This document shows positions 29,016 through 38,231 of a DNA stretch of 64,000 bases, in pieces; position 1 is the stretch's first letter, and every line of letters begins with the position of its first letter. The translations under genes were made by a program, and so were the position numbers. This stretch comes from Desulfobacteraceae bacterium. GTDB lineage: Bacteria > Desulfobacterota > Desulfobacteria > Desulfobacterales > Desulfobacteraceae. The DNA lies in assembly GCA_024225635.1 (NCBI GenBank), contig JAAEMK010001003.1, forward strand, positions 3,740 through 67,739. Direction: 5' to 3'. Under the pieces are notes generated by a model. That model was not told the origin of the DNA. It ran no database searches and was given only the letters and a program-made list of their open reading frames with translations.

Positions 29016-29030
29016 GTGTTGTGAATCCGC

Positions 29031-29098
29031 AAATCCGGGGACTCCATACTTCTCGTTAAAAACATCTGTCAAAAGTAAGTAAGGTGTTCCCGGAATTT
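29031..29098. repeat. Imperfect inverted repeat (second REP-like family)
   Basis: AAATCCGGGGACTCCATACTT (29031-29051) pairs imperfectly with AAGTAAGGTGTTCCCGGAATTT (29077-29098). Confidence 0.55.
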
Positions 29099-29133
29099 AA
29101 AGTGACAAGGGAAATCTTCGTCTATGTAAATGA

Positions 29134-29310
29134 TTTTTCGGTATTATGCCCACCAGCGTTGCCGTGGATGATTTCGGTAATGTTTATTTCACGGAAGGGA
29201 CTTCCTGCGTAGGCGGCAGTGTGGAGCCTGGAGCAGGAAAATGCATTGGCGGCCAGGTTGTGGAAGGAAGCTATCCTGGTGGCGGGAGAACAATTGGCGG
29301 TTATTTCTGA
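29134..29310 (+). pseudogene. NHL-repeat gene fragment
   Basis: The frame reads GIMPTSVAVDDFGNVYFTEG..., matching an NHL repeat (P.gvavd..Gnlyv.d). Bounded by stop codons. Confidence 0.5.
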
Positions 29311-29360
29311 GCTGTGCCAAACATTTTACACGGTTGATGAAAATTTTGTGAACATATTTC

Positions 29361-29390
29361 TTGACAATAGATGTGGTGCGTGAATATACT
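29361..29390 (+). promoter_or_regulatory. Sigma70-type promoter for lysA
   Basis: TTGACA (29361) - 18 bp - TATACT (29385). Confidence 0.6.
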
Positions 29391-29445
29391 TCTCTAAAAT
29401 CAATACAGGTCAGAACAAAATTCTGTATAAACAAGGAGAAGAAGA

Positions 29446-30672
29446 ATGAATGAGTCCACACGCACAACTCTGATCGATGCGGCAGCGGAGCACGGAACCC
29501 CTCTTTATCTTTACGACCTGAACCGGGTCGCGGATAATTACCGCAGGCTTTTTCAACTGATCCAATGGCCTTCCCTCGGGATCTTCTACGCCATGAAGGC
29601 CAATTACAACTTTCACCTTCTTCAGGCCCTGAACCGTGAAGGAGCCGGCATAGATGCGGTGAGTCCCGCTGAAATCCAAATGGCCCTCAAGGCCGGTTTT
29701 CCTGTGGAGAGTATTATCTATACGGCCAACAACATGACCGAATCTGAAATGAGGGAGGTCCATGAAACAGGGGTGCTCATGAACATAGACACCCTGTCCA
29801 CCCTTGAAAAATATGGAAGACTGTTTCCCGGCTCCAATGTCTGCGTCCGGTTCAATCCGGATGTAAAAGATGGGGAAAACGAAAAAATCATGACCGGCGG
29901 AAACCTGACAAAGTTCGGTATCCTCCTGGATGATGCCGACAAGGTGGGGGAGATCGCATCCCGATACGGCCTTAAAGTCCGGGGACTGCATGAACATACC
30001 GGTTCCGGGCTTCAGATGAGCGAATCGGTTTTTAAAAGCATGGAAAATATCATGGCCGTGGCAACGCCCGAGCGGTTTCCCGATCTTGAATTCCTTGATT
30101 TCGGGGGAGGGTTCAAGGTCACTGTGCGGCCGGACGAGGAGCCGTTTGATTATGAGTCCATGGGGGTGAGAATCACGGAGATGTTCTCCCGGTTCTGCAA
30201 GGGGTACGGAAGGGACCTTGCCCTTTACTTTGAGCCGGGTAAGTACCTTGTCTCCGACGCGGGGTACTTTGTCATGGAGGTCAACACCGTAAAAAACAAC
30301 AGGGACAGGGTCATTTGCGGCACCGACTCGGGGTTTCCGCAACTGATCAGGCCCACACTCTACAACGCCTATCACCATGTGGAAAACCTGACCAACCCGG
30401 AAGGGGAGACGATGGTATGCGATATCTGCGGCAACATCTGTGAAACCGGGGACCTGTTCGCCGAACAGAGGGAGGTGAGCCGTATCCGTGAAGGGGATTT
30501 GCTTCTTGTGCGGAATGCAGGGGCCTACTGCTATTCCATGGGAGGGATCTACAACATGAGACCCATGCCTGCCGAGGTGGTTCTCCAGGACGAAAGCGTG
30601 CTTCCGTCAAGAAAACGAATGTCCGCCGGGGGGCTTGTGGAGCAGATCCTCCTTGAAACCGAAAGGGTTTGA
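29446..30672 (+). CDS. lysA: Diaminopimelate decarboxylase (type III PLP fold)
   Basis: GTPLYLYD, FYAMKAN (PLP lysine), TKFGI, HEHTGS, LDFGGGF, EPGKYLV, IRPTLY, GNICETGD, AGAYCYSM...YN.RP. AAGGAG RBS. Confidence 0.88.
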   Translation: MNESTRTTLIDAAAEHGTPLYLYDLNRVADNYRRLFQLIQWPSLGIFYAMKANYNFHLLQALNREGAGIDAVSPAEIQMALKAGFPVESIIYTANNMTESEMREVHETGVLMNIDTLSTLEKYGRLFPGSNVCVRFNPDVKDGENEKIMTGGNLTKFGILLDDADKVGEIASRYGLKVRGLHEHTGSGLQMSESVFKSMENIMAVATPERFPDLEFLDFGGGFKVTVRPDEEPFDYESMGVRITEMFSRFCKGYGRDLALYFEPGKYLVSDAGYFVMEVNTVKNNRDRVICGTDSGFPQLIRPTLYNAYHHVENLTNPEGETMVCDICGNICETGDLFAEQREVSRIREGDLLLVRNAGAYCYSMGGIYNMRPMPAEVVLQDESVLPSRKRMSAGGLVEQILLETERV

Positions 30673-30673
30673 T

Positions 30674-31846
30674 TCAGCCCTGGCGAGGGGCCCCGGGGGT
30701 AACGGTGAGCAATCGGAAATATTCTTCAAGAATTCGTACTGTTTCGTATATATCCGCTTCAAGCCATTTAAAGACTTTCCGGGGATTTTTTTCACGTACG
30801 CCGTTCAGCATGCCTTCATGAAAATCAATATCGATCTGGTTGCTGAGGATTTCAGTCTGGTCTATCATTACATATAAATAAGGGGTAAAACGATCCCACA
30901 GCATGCTGATGATATCCATGAGCACCTGATTGTCGGCATGCTGATATAAAGCAAAATGAAATTCCCTGTTGACGTGAAAAATCAAACTGTTGGGTTTGTC
31001 TTTTTCCCACTCTTCAATATATTTTTGATGGATATGCTCAAGCTGCCCGATCAGTTTCGTATCCCTTCGGTTTGTCGCATTGTATACCGCGGCTTTCTCA
31101 TTGATGAGTCTGAGTTCAACCAGTTTTCGCATGGTATCCACGGATAACTGGGAAACAAAAAGGCCCCTGTTTTTCAGCGTATAAATAAGGCCTTTGGTTT
31201 CAAGCCTTTTTAAGGCTTCCCGCACTGGAATCCGGCTGACATTCATTTTTTTTGCAATTCTGTCGGTAACAATTTTCTCACCCGGTTTCATTTTGGTGGA
31301 AATTATTGCCTGAAGGAGCTGGGAGTATACTTCCTCCTGAACGGAGCAGTATGAAATTTCATGGAGGCCATTGTCATCCACGTCTTTATGCGGTTCGGGC
31401 TTATTGTCTTTAAAATAAAGTTCCCATGTTTTATGGAGGGATAATACGCCGTTGAGTTCAGTGAAACCGGCTTTTTCAAACCAGCCTTTAACCAGCCTGG
31501 AAACACTCTGAATCATTAAAGGCTTATCGCCTTTTCTTGATTTGAAAATATATTCATTCTCCCCAGGCTGTTCCTTTTTAAGATAATTCCGGAAAGATTC
31601 ATAGATATCCCCGGTCAGCCTGATTCTGTGATGTTTTTCCGTTTCCGGGACGGGTATCTCCAATAATTCGCCGGGGGTAACATTCTTCAATGAATTTACC
31701 TGAAGCTGAAGCAGGTGTTTTACCGGGATGCCTGTCTGGGTGATGAGGTCAAACAACAGGAGGTCCCGGGAATTGTTCTGAATCAGGAAGCGCATGGAAT
31801 GAATGTCTTCCCTGGTTTTTATCGCCTGGATTTCTTTTTCGGTCAT
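30674..31846 (-). CDS. GntR-family (wHTH + FCD) regulator with an N-terminal degenerate tyrosine-recombinase domain
   Basis: aa 1-145 are integrase-like (RDLLLFDLITQTG, YIFKSRKGDKPL, SLHKTW). From about aa 165: GntR HTH (PGEKI...VSRIPVREALKRLE.KGLI...RGLFV), then FCD (NREFHFALYQHADNQVL). Confidence 0.85.
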   Translation of the reverse strand: MTEKEIQAIKTREDIHSMRFLIQNNSRDLLLFDLITQTGIPVKHLLQLQVNSLKNVTPGELLEIPVPETEKHHRIRLTGDIYESFRNYLKKEQPGENEYIFKSRKGDKPLMIQSVSRLVKGWFEKAGFTELNGVLSLHKTWELYFKDNKPEPHKDVDDNGLHEISYCSVQEEVYSQLLQAIISTKMKPGEKIVTDRIAKKMNVSRIPVREALKRLETKGLIYTLKNRGLFVSQLSVDTMRKLVELRLINEKAAVYNATNRRDTKLIGQLEHIHQKYIEEWEKDKPNSLIFHVNREFHFALYQHADNQVLMDIISMLWDRFTPYLYVMIDQTEILSNQIDIDFHEGMLNGVREKNPRKVFKWLEADIYETVRILEEYFRLLTVTPGAPRQG

Positions 31847-31855
31847 ATTGTTCCC

Positions 31856-31927
31856 AATGTTAACTTATTGAATATTAAATGTTAACACACCCTGGTGAAT
31901 GTTAACATTAGAACCGATAATTAACAT
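31856..31927. promoter_or_regulatory. Phased AATGTTAAC repeat array (candidate operator)
   Basis: AATGTTAAC at 31856, 31878 and 31898 (perfect palindrome AATGTTAACATT), a degenerate copy at 31919, and a related TTGTTAACATT at 32084. Confidence 0.65.
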
Positions 31928-32053
31928 AACATATATGATCCATAATGTCCATACAGCTGGCGGCAGGATAGCTATTTGAAAAGTGAAATCGCCTGATAAT
32001 AAAGGCTTCTGGGTGGTCACAGTGGTTCGGTAAATTGAATTTGCAGTTTTGTT

Positions 32054-32082
32054 TTGACAAAATTATTGGTATGCAATATACA
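32054..32082 (+). promoter_or_regulatory. Sigma70-type promoter for the ABC transporter operon
   Basis: TTGACA (32054) - 17 bp - TATACA (32077). Confidence 0.6.
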
Positions 32083-32160
32083 GTTGTTAACATTGACAGG
32101 CCGATATTCATCATGGGGTAATCGGAACAAAACTTAATCGTCATAGAAAAGGAAGGGATT

Positions 32161-33756
32161 ATGAAAAAAATACGTTTCATACTAACGTTATTGTTTGCAT
32201 GTTTATGCTTTTTACCCGGCAGCTCAAACGCTGCCAAAAGCGGTGGGCAATTTAACTTTATAGCACCTTACGGCGGCGACCTCTCCTCCCTGGACCCGCA
32301 CAAGACAAACAGGACCCAGGATTATATCGTTATCATGAATATCCACAGGTCCCTTTACAAATGGTCTGCGGAAGAGGGCAAGCCGGTGCTTGCCCTGGCC
32401 GATTCGGTCAAGGTCTCCCCGGACAGGCTTACATATACCTATGAATTGAAAAAAAATGTGAAATTCCATAACGGAAGAACAATGACGGCCGATGACATCA
32501 TCTGGTCCTACGAAAGAATCCTGACCCCGGAAACCATGTCTTCCGGAGTCCGAAACGTCCGGATCATCAAGGGCGCAGAAGATTTTGAAAGCGGAAAGGC
32601 CGCAACGGTCCAGGGGCTTAAAAAACTGGATGACCATATTCTTCAAATCACGTTGAAAAATCCTGTTAACCCCGGCTTCTCCTTCTATCCTCCTGAAATA
32701 GCCGTTCTGCCCAAAGAGGAAGTTGAAACGCGCGGAGACGGTTTCGGCGTCAATCCGGTGGGATGCGGCCCGTTTGAATTCGTCAAATGGGTCAAGGGGT
32801 CGGAAGTCGTGCTTGAGAAGTTCGACGGTTATTATGAAGCCGGAAAACCCTACCTTGATAAAGTCGTTTATAAAATAATGCCGGAAGCGGCCTCGAGGGA
32901 CATTGCCTTTAAAGTCAAGGAACTGGATGCGACAACCGTTGGTTCGGTCAATTATCCTGAATATAAAGGAACGCCCGCCATTGCCAAAAACATGATGGAA
33001 GTGGCTGAGCTCTGGACAAGGGTGGTTTGCTTCAATCTGGATTACGGCCCGTTTAAAAACAAGAAAGTCAGACAGGCAATCAACCATGCGATCAACACAA
33101 AATTGATCAACAAGAAACTTTTAAAGGGAAAAGCGGTTGACCCTGTCGGGTACCTGCCGCCGTCATCACCTGCTTTCGGCGCGGATTCAAAGGGGTATGA
33201 CTATAATCCTGAAAAAGCAAAGCAGCTGTTGAAAGAAGCCGGTTATTCCGACGGGTTCACCTTTGAATGCCTTGGAACGGATAACGGAACATGGGGCGTC
33301 AAAGCCGTTGAAGCCCTTATTCCAATGCTTAAAAAAGTCGGCATAAAGATAGTCCCCGTCCGAATGGAAGGGGCGGCAATGTCGGCAAGGGCGAAATCAG
33401 GCGATTTCCAGGCCCTGATCTGGTCCCTTGATTCAGGTCCCGATCCTTTGACCGCCCTGAGCCGCTGGGAATCCGTAAGCGAAAGAACCGGCGGAAATTA
33501 TATGGGATACAAGAGCGATGTTTTTGACAATTATCTGGATCTTGCCAGGGCGGAAATAGATGAAAGTAAAAAAATGGATTATCTCAAAAAGGCCGACCAG
33601 ACCTTTATTGAAGATGCGCCGGTATGGTTTTACAACTACAATAAAGCCGTAATGGCCTATCAGCCATGGGTCCATGGCCTGCAACCGGTGGCGGTTGAAT
33701 TGATGTACCAGGATCTGACAAGCGTATGGGTTGATGAAAAATCGCCTAGGAAATAA
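32161..33756 (+). CDS. Peptide/nickel-type ABC transporter substrate-binding protein (family 5, DppA-like)
   Basis: Signal peptide, SLDPH, YTYELKKNVKFHNGRTMTADD, PVGCGPF, VRQAINHAIN, YNPEKAKQLLKEAG. Confidence 0.92.
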   Translation: MKKIRFILTLLFACLCFLPGSSNAAKSGGQFNFIAPYGGDLSSLDPHKTNRTQDYIVIMNIHRSLYKWSAEEGKPVLALADSVKVSPDRLTYTYELKKNVKFHNGRTMTADDIIWSYERILTPETMSSGVRNVRIIKGAEDFESGKAATVQGLKKLDDHILQITLKNPVNPGFSFYPPEIAVLPKEEVETRGDGFGVNPVGCGPFEFVKWVKGSEVVLEKFDGYYEAGKPYLDKVVYKIMPEAASRDIAFKVKELDATTVGSVNYPEYKGTPAIAKNMMEVAELWTRVVCFNLDYGPFKNKKVRQAINHAINTKLINKKLLKGKAVDPVGYLPPSSPAFGADSKGYDYNPEKAKQLLKEAGYSDGFTFECLGTDNGTWGVKAVEALIPMLKKVGIKIVPVRMEGAAMSARAKSGDFQALIWSLDSGPDPLTALSRWESVSERTGGNYMGYKSDVFDNYLDLARAEIDESKKMDYLKKADQTFIEDAPVWFYNYNKAVMAYQPWVHGLQPVAVELMYQDLTSVWVDEKSPRK

Positions 33757-33775
33757 GTTCGTATAAAATCCAAAC

Positions 33776-33810
33776 GTTCCGCCCGGGCATGGATCATATC
33801 CGGGCGGAAC
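33776..33810 (+). terminator. Intercistronic stem-loop after the substrate-binding gene
   Basis: GTTCCGCCCGG ... CCGGGCGGAAC. There is no U-tract on the + strand, so it is more likely an mRNA-stabilising hairpin than a terminator. Confidence 0.5.
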
Positions 33811-33835
33811 AAAAACGTTGAACAGCAGGTTTATC

Positions 33836-34768
33836 ATGACTTTATATGTGGTTAAACGGTTCCTTCAGTTTATCCCCACAATATTCTTTATCTCTCTGAT
33901 GATGTTCGTAATATTGAATGTCCTGCCCGGTGATGCAACAACAATGTCAGGCGGAATGAAACGTCAGCTTGACGCACAAACAGCGGAGAATATGAGAAAG
34001 CAGCTGGGGCTGGATAAACCGCTGCACATCAGGTACCTTCATTATGTCAAAGGCCTTGCAAAAGGCGATCTGGGAAAATCCTACCTTCGGAGCGAAAGTG
34101 TTAACGATCTCATTGCCCAGAGGCTCAAACCGACAATGGAGGTCTGCCTGGCGGCACTTGCCATTGCCGTAGGGCTTGGAATTCCCCTGGGGTTTTTGTC
34201 CGCATTAAAGCAGGGATCATGGATTGACACCCTCTCCATGGTGGGAGCGGTCTCCGGTGTTTCCGTTCCTCAATTCTGGCTCGGCCTGATTATGATGTAT
34301 GTTTTTTCCCTGCTCCTCGGATGGCTGCCGCCCCAGGGGTACGGAGACGGCGGTTTCATGCATTTGATCATGCCGGCGTTCACCCTTGGGGTCGGATACA
34401 TGGCCCTTATTGCAAGGACGACCCGGGCGGCTGTTATCGAAGTTCTCAGCGAAGATTATATTCGTACCGCCAGGTCAAAGGGCATTTCAGAGTGGCTGGT
34501 GAACAGAAGGCATGTTTTCGGCAATACCATGATTTTGATTTTAACTACCGTGGGCCTTCAGTTTGGTTCCCTGGTCGGGCAGACGGTGATTATTGAAAAA
34601 CTTTTTTCATGGCCCGGCATCGGTTCTTTGCTTATCGATTCCATTTTTCAAAGGGATATTCCCGTCACCCAGGGATGTGTTCTCGTGATTATCGGTGTTT
34701 TTCTCATTGTAAATCTTGTTATCGATTTAATGTACGTAATTATTGATCCACGGATTCAGTATAAATAA
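33836..34768 (+). CDS. Peptide ABC transporter permease (DppB-like)
   Basis: LPGDA, LGLDKPL, GDLGKS, PQFWLG, EAA-like EDYIRTARSKG, IEKLFSWPGIG, DPRI. Confidence 0.92.
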   Translation: MTLYVVKRFLQFIPTIFFISLMMFVILNVLPGDATTMSGGMKRQLDAQTAENMRKQLGLDKPLHIRYLHYVKGLAKGDLGKSYLRSESVNDLIAQRLKPTMEVCLAALAIAVGLGIPLGFLSALKQGSWIDTLSMVGAVSGVSVPQFWLGLIMMYVFSLLLGWLPPQGYGDGGFMHLIMPAFTLGVGYMALIARTTRAAVIEVLSEDYIRTARSKGISEWLVNRRHVFGNTMILILTTVGLQFGSLVGQTVIIEKLFSWPGIGSLLIDSIFQRDIPVTQGCVLVIIGVFLIVNLVIDLMYVIIDPRIQYK

Positions 34769-35610
34769 TGAATAAAACCATTTTAAAAATAAAAAATCAG
34801 CCCAACCTGGTCATCGGAGGGCTCATTACCGCCGTTGTAATTTTCATGGCACTGGCGGCCCCGGTGTTATCCCCCTATCATCCGGTGGATGATGCGGATC
34901 TCATGGTGTCCGAGGAACCTCCCGGAGCCGAACATCTGATGGGCACGGACGAGCAGGGCAGGGACATTCTTTCAAGGGTGATTTACGGTTCAAGAATTTC
35001 CTTAAGCATCGGAATCGTCACCCAGGTCATGAACACGATCATCGGCATCATCCTCGGGCTTTCCGCCGGTTATTTCGGGAAATGGTGGGATGACCTTGTG
35101 ATGGGGCTTACCAATATAATGCTCTCGATTCCTTCGATGATATTCGCCCTTGCAATCATGGCGCTCATCGGTCCGGGACTCATCAATGTCTTTTTTGCCC
35201 TCGGGATTACAAACTGGTCCTATACCTGCCGGATAACCCGCTCCCAGGTTCTCTTTACCCGTTCCCTTGATTATGTGAAAGCTGCAAAAGCCCTGGGGTA
35301 CGGCGATATCAGAATCATGTTCACCCAGATACTGCCGAACATCCTGGGTCCGATTCTCGTTATCGGCACCCTGGGGGTTGCTTCGGCCATACTTCTGGAA
35401 GCGTCCCTGTCCTTTCTCGGATTGGGCACACAGCCGCCGACGCCAAGCTGGGGTGGAATGCTGGCAACGGCAAGGGCGCAGATGTTTACAGCGCCATGGA
35501 TATCCATATTTCCGGGCCTTGCCATTTTTGTAACCGTACTTGGATTGAATCTTTTCGGAGACGGTCTCAGGGATATTCTTGATCCCCACTCCGTTGGAAA
35601 AATAAAATAA
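34768..35610 (+). CDS. Peptide ABC transporter permease (DppC-like)
   Basis: HLMGTDEQGRDILSRVIYGSRISL, YVKAAKALG, ILPN, EASLSFLGLG.QPPTPSWG, GDGLRDILDP. Confidence 0.93.
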   Translation: MNKTILKIKNQPNLVIGGLITAVVIFMALAAPVLSPYHPVDDADLMVSEEPPGAEHLMGTDEQGRDILSRVIYGSRISLSIGIVTQVMNTIIGIILGLSAGYFGKWWDDLVMGLTNIMLSIPSMIFALAIMALIGPGLINVFFALGITNWSYTCRITRSQVLFTRSLDYVKAAKALGYGDIRIMFTQILPNILGPILVIGTLGVASAILLEASLSFLGLGTQPPTPSWGGMLATARAQMFTAPWISIFPGLAIFVTVLGLNLFGDGLRDILDPHSVGKIK

Positions 35611-35621
35611 AGGGATTAGTT

Positions 35622-37211
35622 TTGGATTTAATTATTTTATCAGCCGATATTTACACTGGTGATACTGAAAACCCCCATGCCGAGGCAATCGGAATCAAAG
35701 ACGGGAAAATAGCCGTTCTTGGCGGCAACACGGATGTGATGGCCCATGCAGCACCGGAAACAGAAATCATGGAGCTTCCGGGCAAGCTTGTAACCCCGGG
35801 ACTGGTGGATTCCCATCTTCATTTTGTCAGCCTGGGAATTCATTTGCAGAGGGTCGACCTGAAGGGCGCGGATTCCCTTGAAGCCTGCAAGACTCAAATC
35901 AGGGAGGCTGCTGCAAAGACCCCAAAAGGAAAATGGATAGTAGCAAGGGGCTGGAACAATTTTAAATGGCGGAATCAGGCGACTCCCCAAAAGGCCGATC
36001 TTGATGAAATCGCCCCTGACCATCCGGTCATGATGACCCGTGTCTGCGGCCACAGCGCCGTATTAAACTCCAGGGCCCTTGAAATCTGCGGGATTACGAA
36101 AGATACGGTTGCCCCTTCAGGCGGAAAGATCGGCCGTCTTTCAACGGGGGAACCGGACGGGGTTATCTATGAAACCCTTGACATGGTTTTTGACAAAATT
36201 CCGCCGTTAACCGGGGAAGAGATGAAAACCGCCGTCCTTGCGGCCCAGGCCGAAGTATTGAAATACGGAATTACAGGCGTTCATTCCATGGAGGGAATTT
36301 CCGAGTGGCGGGCGGTGCATGATCTTCATGGGGAGAACCTTCTGAAAATCAGGATTTACAGTCTTTTTCCCGGGGAAGAGCTTCAGAAAGCCGTTGATCT
36401 CAAGATTCCGGAGACAACCCGGTGCGACAAGCTTGGGTACGGCCATTGTAAACTGTTTGCCGACGGTTCCCTTGGCTCTTCAACGGCATTGACCCATGAA
36501 GCGTATGCAAGCGATCCCAAGCAATTCGGTATTGCGTTCCTGACCCGGGATGAGCTTGTGGAAAAGATTACAAACGCCTATGACCTGGGTTTCAATGTCG
36601 CTGTCCATGCCATTGGCGACAAGGCTGTGGGTAACGTGGTTCATGCCATCGCCATGGCCAGGCAAAAAACAAAAAACCTGGAGGCGTTGACCAAATCCGA
36701 TCGCATAGAACATGTGCAGCTGTTTAAGACCGATGACTTGAAAAAAATGAAAGAGCTTGGAATCCTTGCTTCGGTTCAGCCTGTTTTTCTGTCAACGGAC
36801 TGGGAGCTGGCGGAAAGGCAATGGGGCTTTGAAAGGTGCGAAAACGCATATGCCTGGAAGACCATTCAGGATATGGAAATACCTCTCCAGTTCGGTTCGG
36901 ATTCTCCGGTTGAATCGCCGGATCCCATGCTTGGAATACATGCCGCCTATACAAGACAGACACCTTCGGCAGAACCGGAAAACGGGTGGTTCCCGGATCA
37001 GAAACTGACCCTTGAAGAGATCCTTCGGGGATTTACACTCCAGCCCGCCATTACTTCAGGAACCGGGGATGTGTCGGGGACTTTAAGTGTCGGGAAATTC
37101 GCGGATATGACGGTTTTCAGTAAAAACCTGTTTAAAACGCCGCCCAGTGAATGGATTGGCGATAATGTCGATATGACGATCGTTTCCGGCGAAGTCGTAT
37201 TTCAAAAATAA
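35622..37211 (+). CDS. Metal-dependent amidohydrolase (YtcJ-like, amidohydrolase 3)
   Basis: PGLVDSHLH, CGHSAVLNSRAL, KLFADGSLGSST, VHAIGD, DRIEHVQ, FGSDSPV, GKFADM. TTG start. Confidence 0.9.
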   Translation: MDLIILSADIYTGDTENPHAEAIGIKDGKIAVLGGNTDVMAHAAPETEIMELPGKLVTPGLVDSHLHFVSLGIHLQRVDLKGADSLEACKTQIREAAAKTPKGKWIVARGWNNFKWRNQATPQKADLDEIAPDHPVMMTRVCGHSAVLNSRALEICGITKDTVAPSGGKIGRLSTGEPDGVIYETLDMVFDKIPPLTGEEMKTAVLAAQAEVLKYGITGVHSMEGISEWRAVHDLHGENLLKIRIYSLFPGEELQKAVDLKIPETTRCDKLGYGHCKLFADGSLGSSTALTHEAYASDPKQFGIAFLTRDELVEKITNAYDLGFNVAVHAIGDKAVGNVVHAIAMARQKTKNLEALTKSDRIEHVQLFKTDDLKKMKELGILASVQPVFLSTDWELAERQWGFERCENAYAWKTIQDMEIPLQFGSDSPVESPDPMLGIHAAYTRQTPSAEPENGWFPDQKLTLEEILRGFTLQPAITSGTGDVSGTLSVGKFADMTVFSKNLFKTPPSEWIGDNVDMTIVSGEVVFQK

Positions 37212-37233
37212 TCCTGTGGCGGAGTCTTGAGTT

Positions 37234-38217
37234 TTGAATATCCTTGAAATAAAAAATCTAAAAACCCAGTTTCATGTTCTTGACGGTGTTGCACATGCTG
37301 TCAACAACGTTTCGCTTTCCATGAAAAAGGGAGAAGTCCTGGGGGTGGTCGGAGAATCGGGATCTGGAAAAAGCGTTACCGCGCTTTCGCTTATGGGGCT
37401 TGTGAGACCCCCCGGAAAAATCGTATCCGGGGAAATCCTGTTTGACGGAACCGACCTTAGAACCCTTTCTGAAAAACAGATGCGGGAAATAAGGGGGGAC
37501 AGGATTTCCATGATTTTCCAGGAGCCAATGACCTCCCTCAATCCATTATTGAAAATCAGGGATCAGATTTCCGAAATGGTTATGAGGCATAACAACATAT
37601 CCAAAAAGGACAGTTATGATTATTGCGTTGAGATGCTCTCAAAAGTGCAGATCCCATACCCTGAAAAACGCGCAAAAGAATATCCCCACCAGCTTTCGGG
37701 CGGTATGCGCCAGCGGGTGATGATTGCAATGGCCCTTTCCTGCAACCCTGAAATACTCATTGCGGACGAACCCACAACCGCCCTTGATGTAACCATTCAG
37801 GCCCAGGTTATCGATTTGATGCTGAAACTGAAAGAAGAGTATGATACAGGGATTATCATGATTACCCATGATCTTGGGGTCATCGCTGAAATCGCCCGAA
37901 AAGTCGTGGTGATGTATGCCGGGCAGGTGGTTGAAACAGGGGATGTGTATGACATTTTCGATCATCCCGGACATCCTTATACAAAAGCGTTGCTTGATTC
38001 CGTTCCCAGGCTTGGAAAACGCTCCAGGGCGGAACGTAAGAGACTTCGTGAAATAAAAGGAATCGTTCCAGATCTGTTCGAACTGAGATCCCACTGCAAT
38101 TTTTATGAGAGATGCTCTGAAGCGGATGAAGATTGTAAACACATGATTCCGGATTTAATACAATATGAAAACGGCAGATCCGTCCGCTGTATAAAATTTC
38201 AAGGCTGTAATGCCTGA
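37234..38217 (+). CDS. Peptide ABC transporter ATP-binding protein (DppD-like)
   Basis: [54 protein letters not shown]. Confidence 0.94.
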   Translation: MNILEIKNLKTQFHVLDGVAHAVNNVSLSMKKGEVLGVVGESGSGKSVTALSLMGLVRPPGKIVSGEILFDGTDLRTLSEKQMREIRGDRISMIFQEPMTSLNPLLKIRDQISEMVMRHNNISKKDSYDYCVEMLSKVQIPYPEKRAKEYPHQLSGGMRQRVMIAMALSCNPEILIADEPTTALDVTIQAQVIDLMLKLKEEYDTGIIMITHDLGVIAEIARKVVVMYAGQVVETGDVYDIFDHPGHPYTKALLDSVPRLGKRSRAERKRLREIKGIVPDLFELRSHCNFYERCSEADEDCKHMIPDLIQYENGRSVRCIKFQGCNA

Positions 38218-38231
38218 CCGGAGATTGAACC

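Noticed and set aside
29100..29445. Lysine riboswitch upstream of lysA
   Set aside because: No recognisable L-box motifs. The region is explained by an NHL fragment and a promoter only about 55 bp from the start codon.
30674..31846. Active integrase marking a prophage or integrative element
   Set aside because: Catalytic Arg, His-x-x-Arg and Tyr are missing, and no att sites, tRNA target or phage genes were seen.
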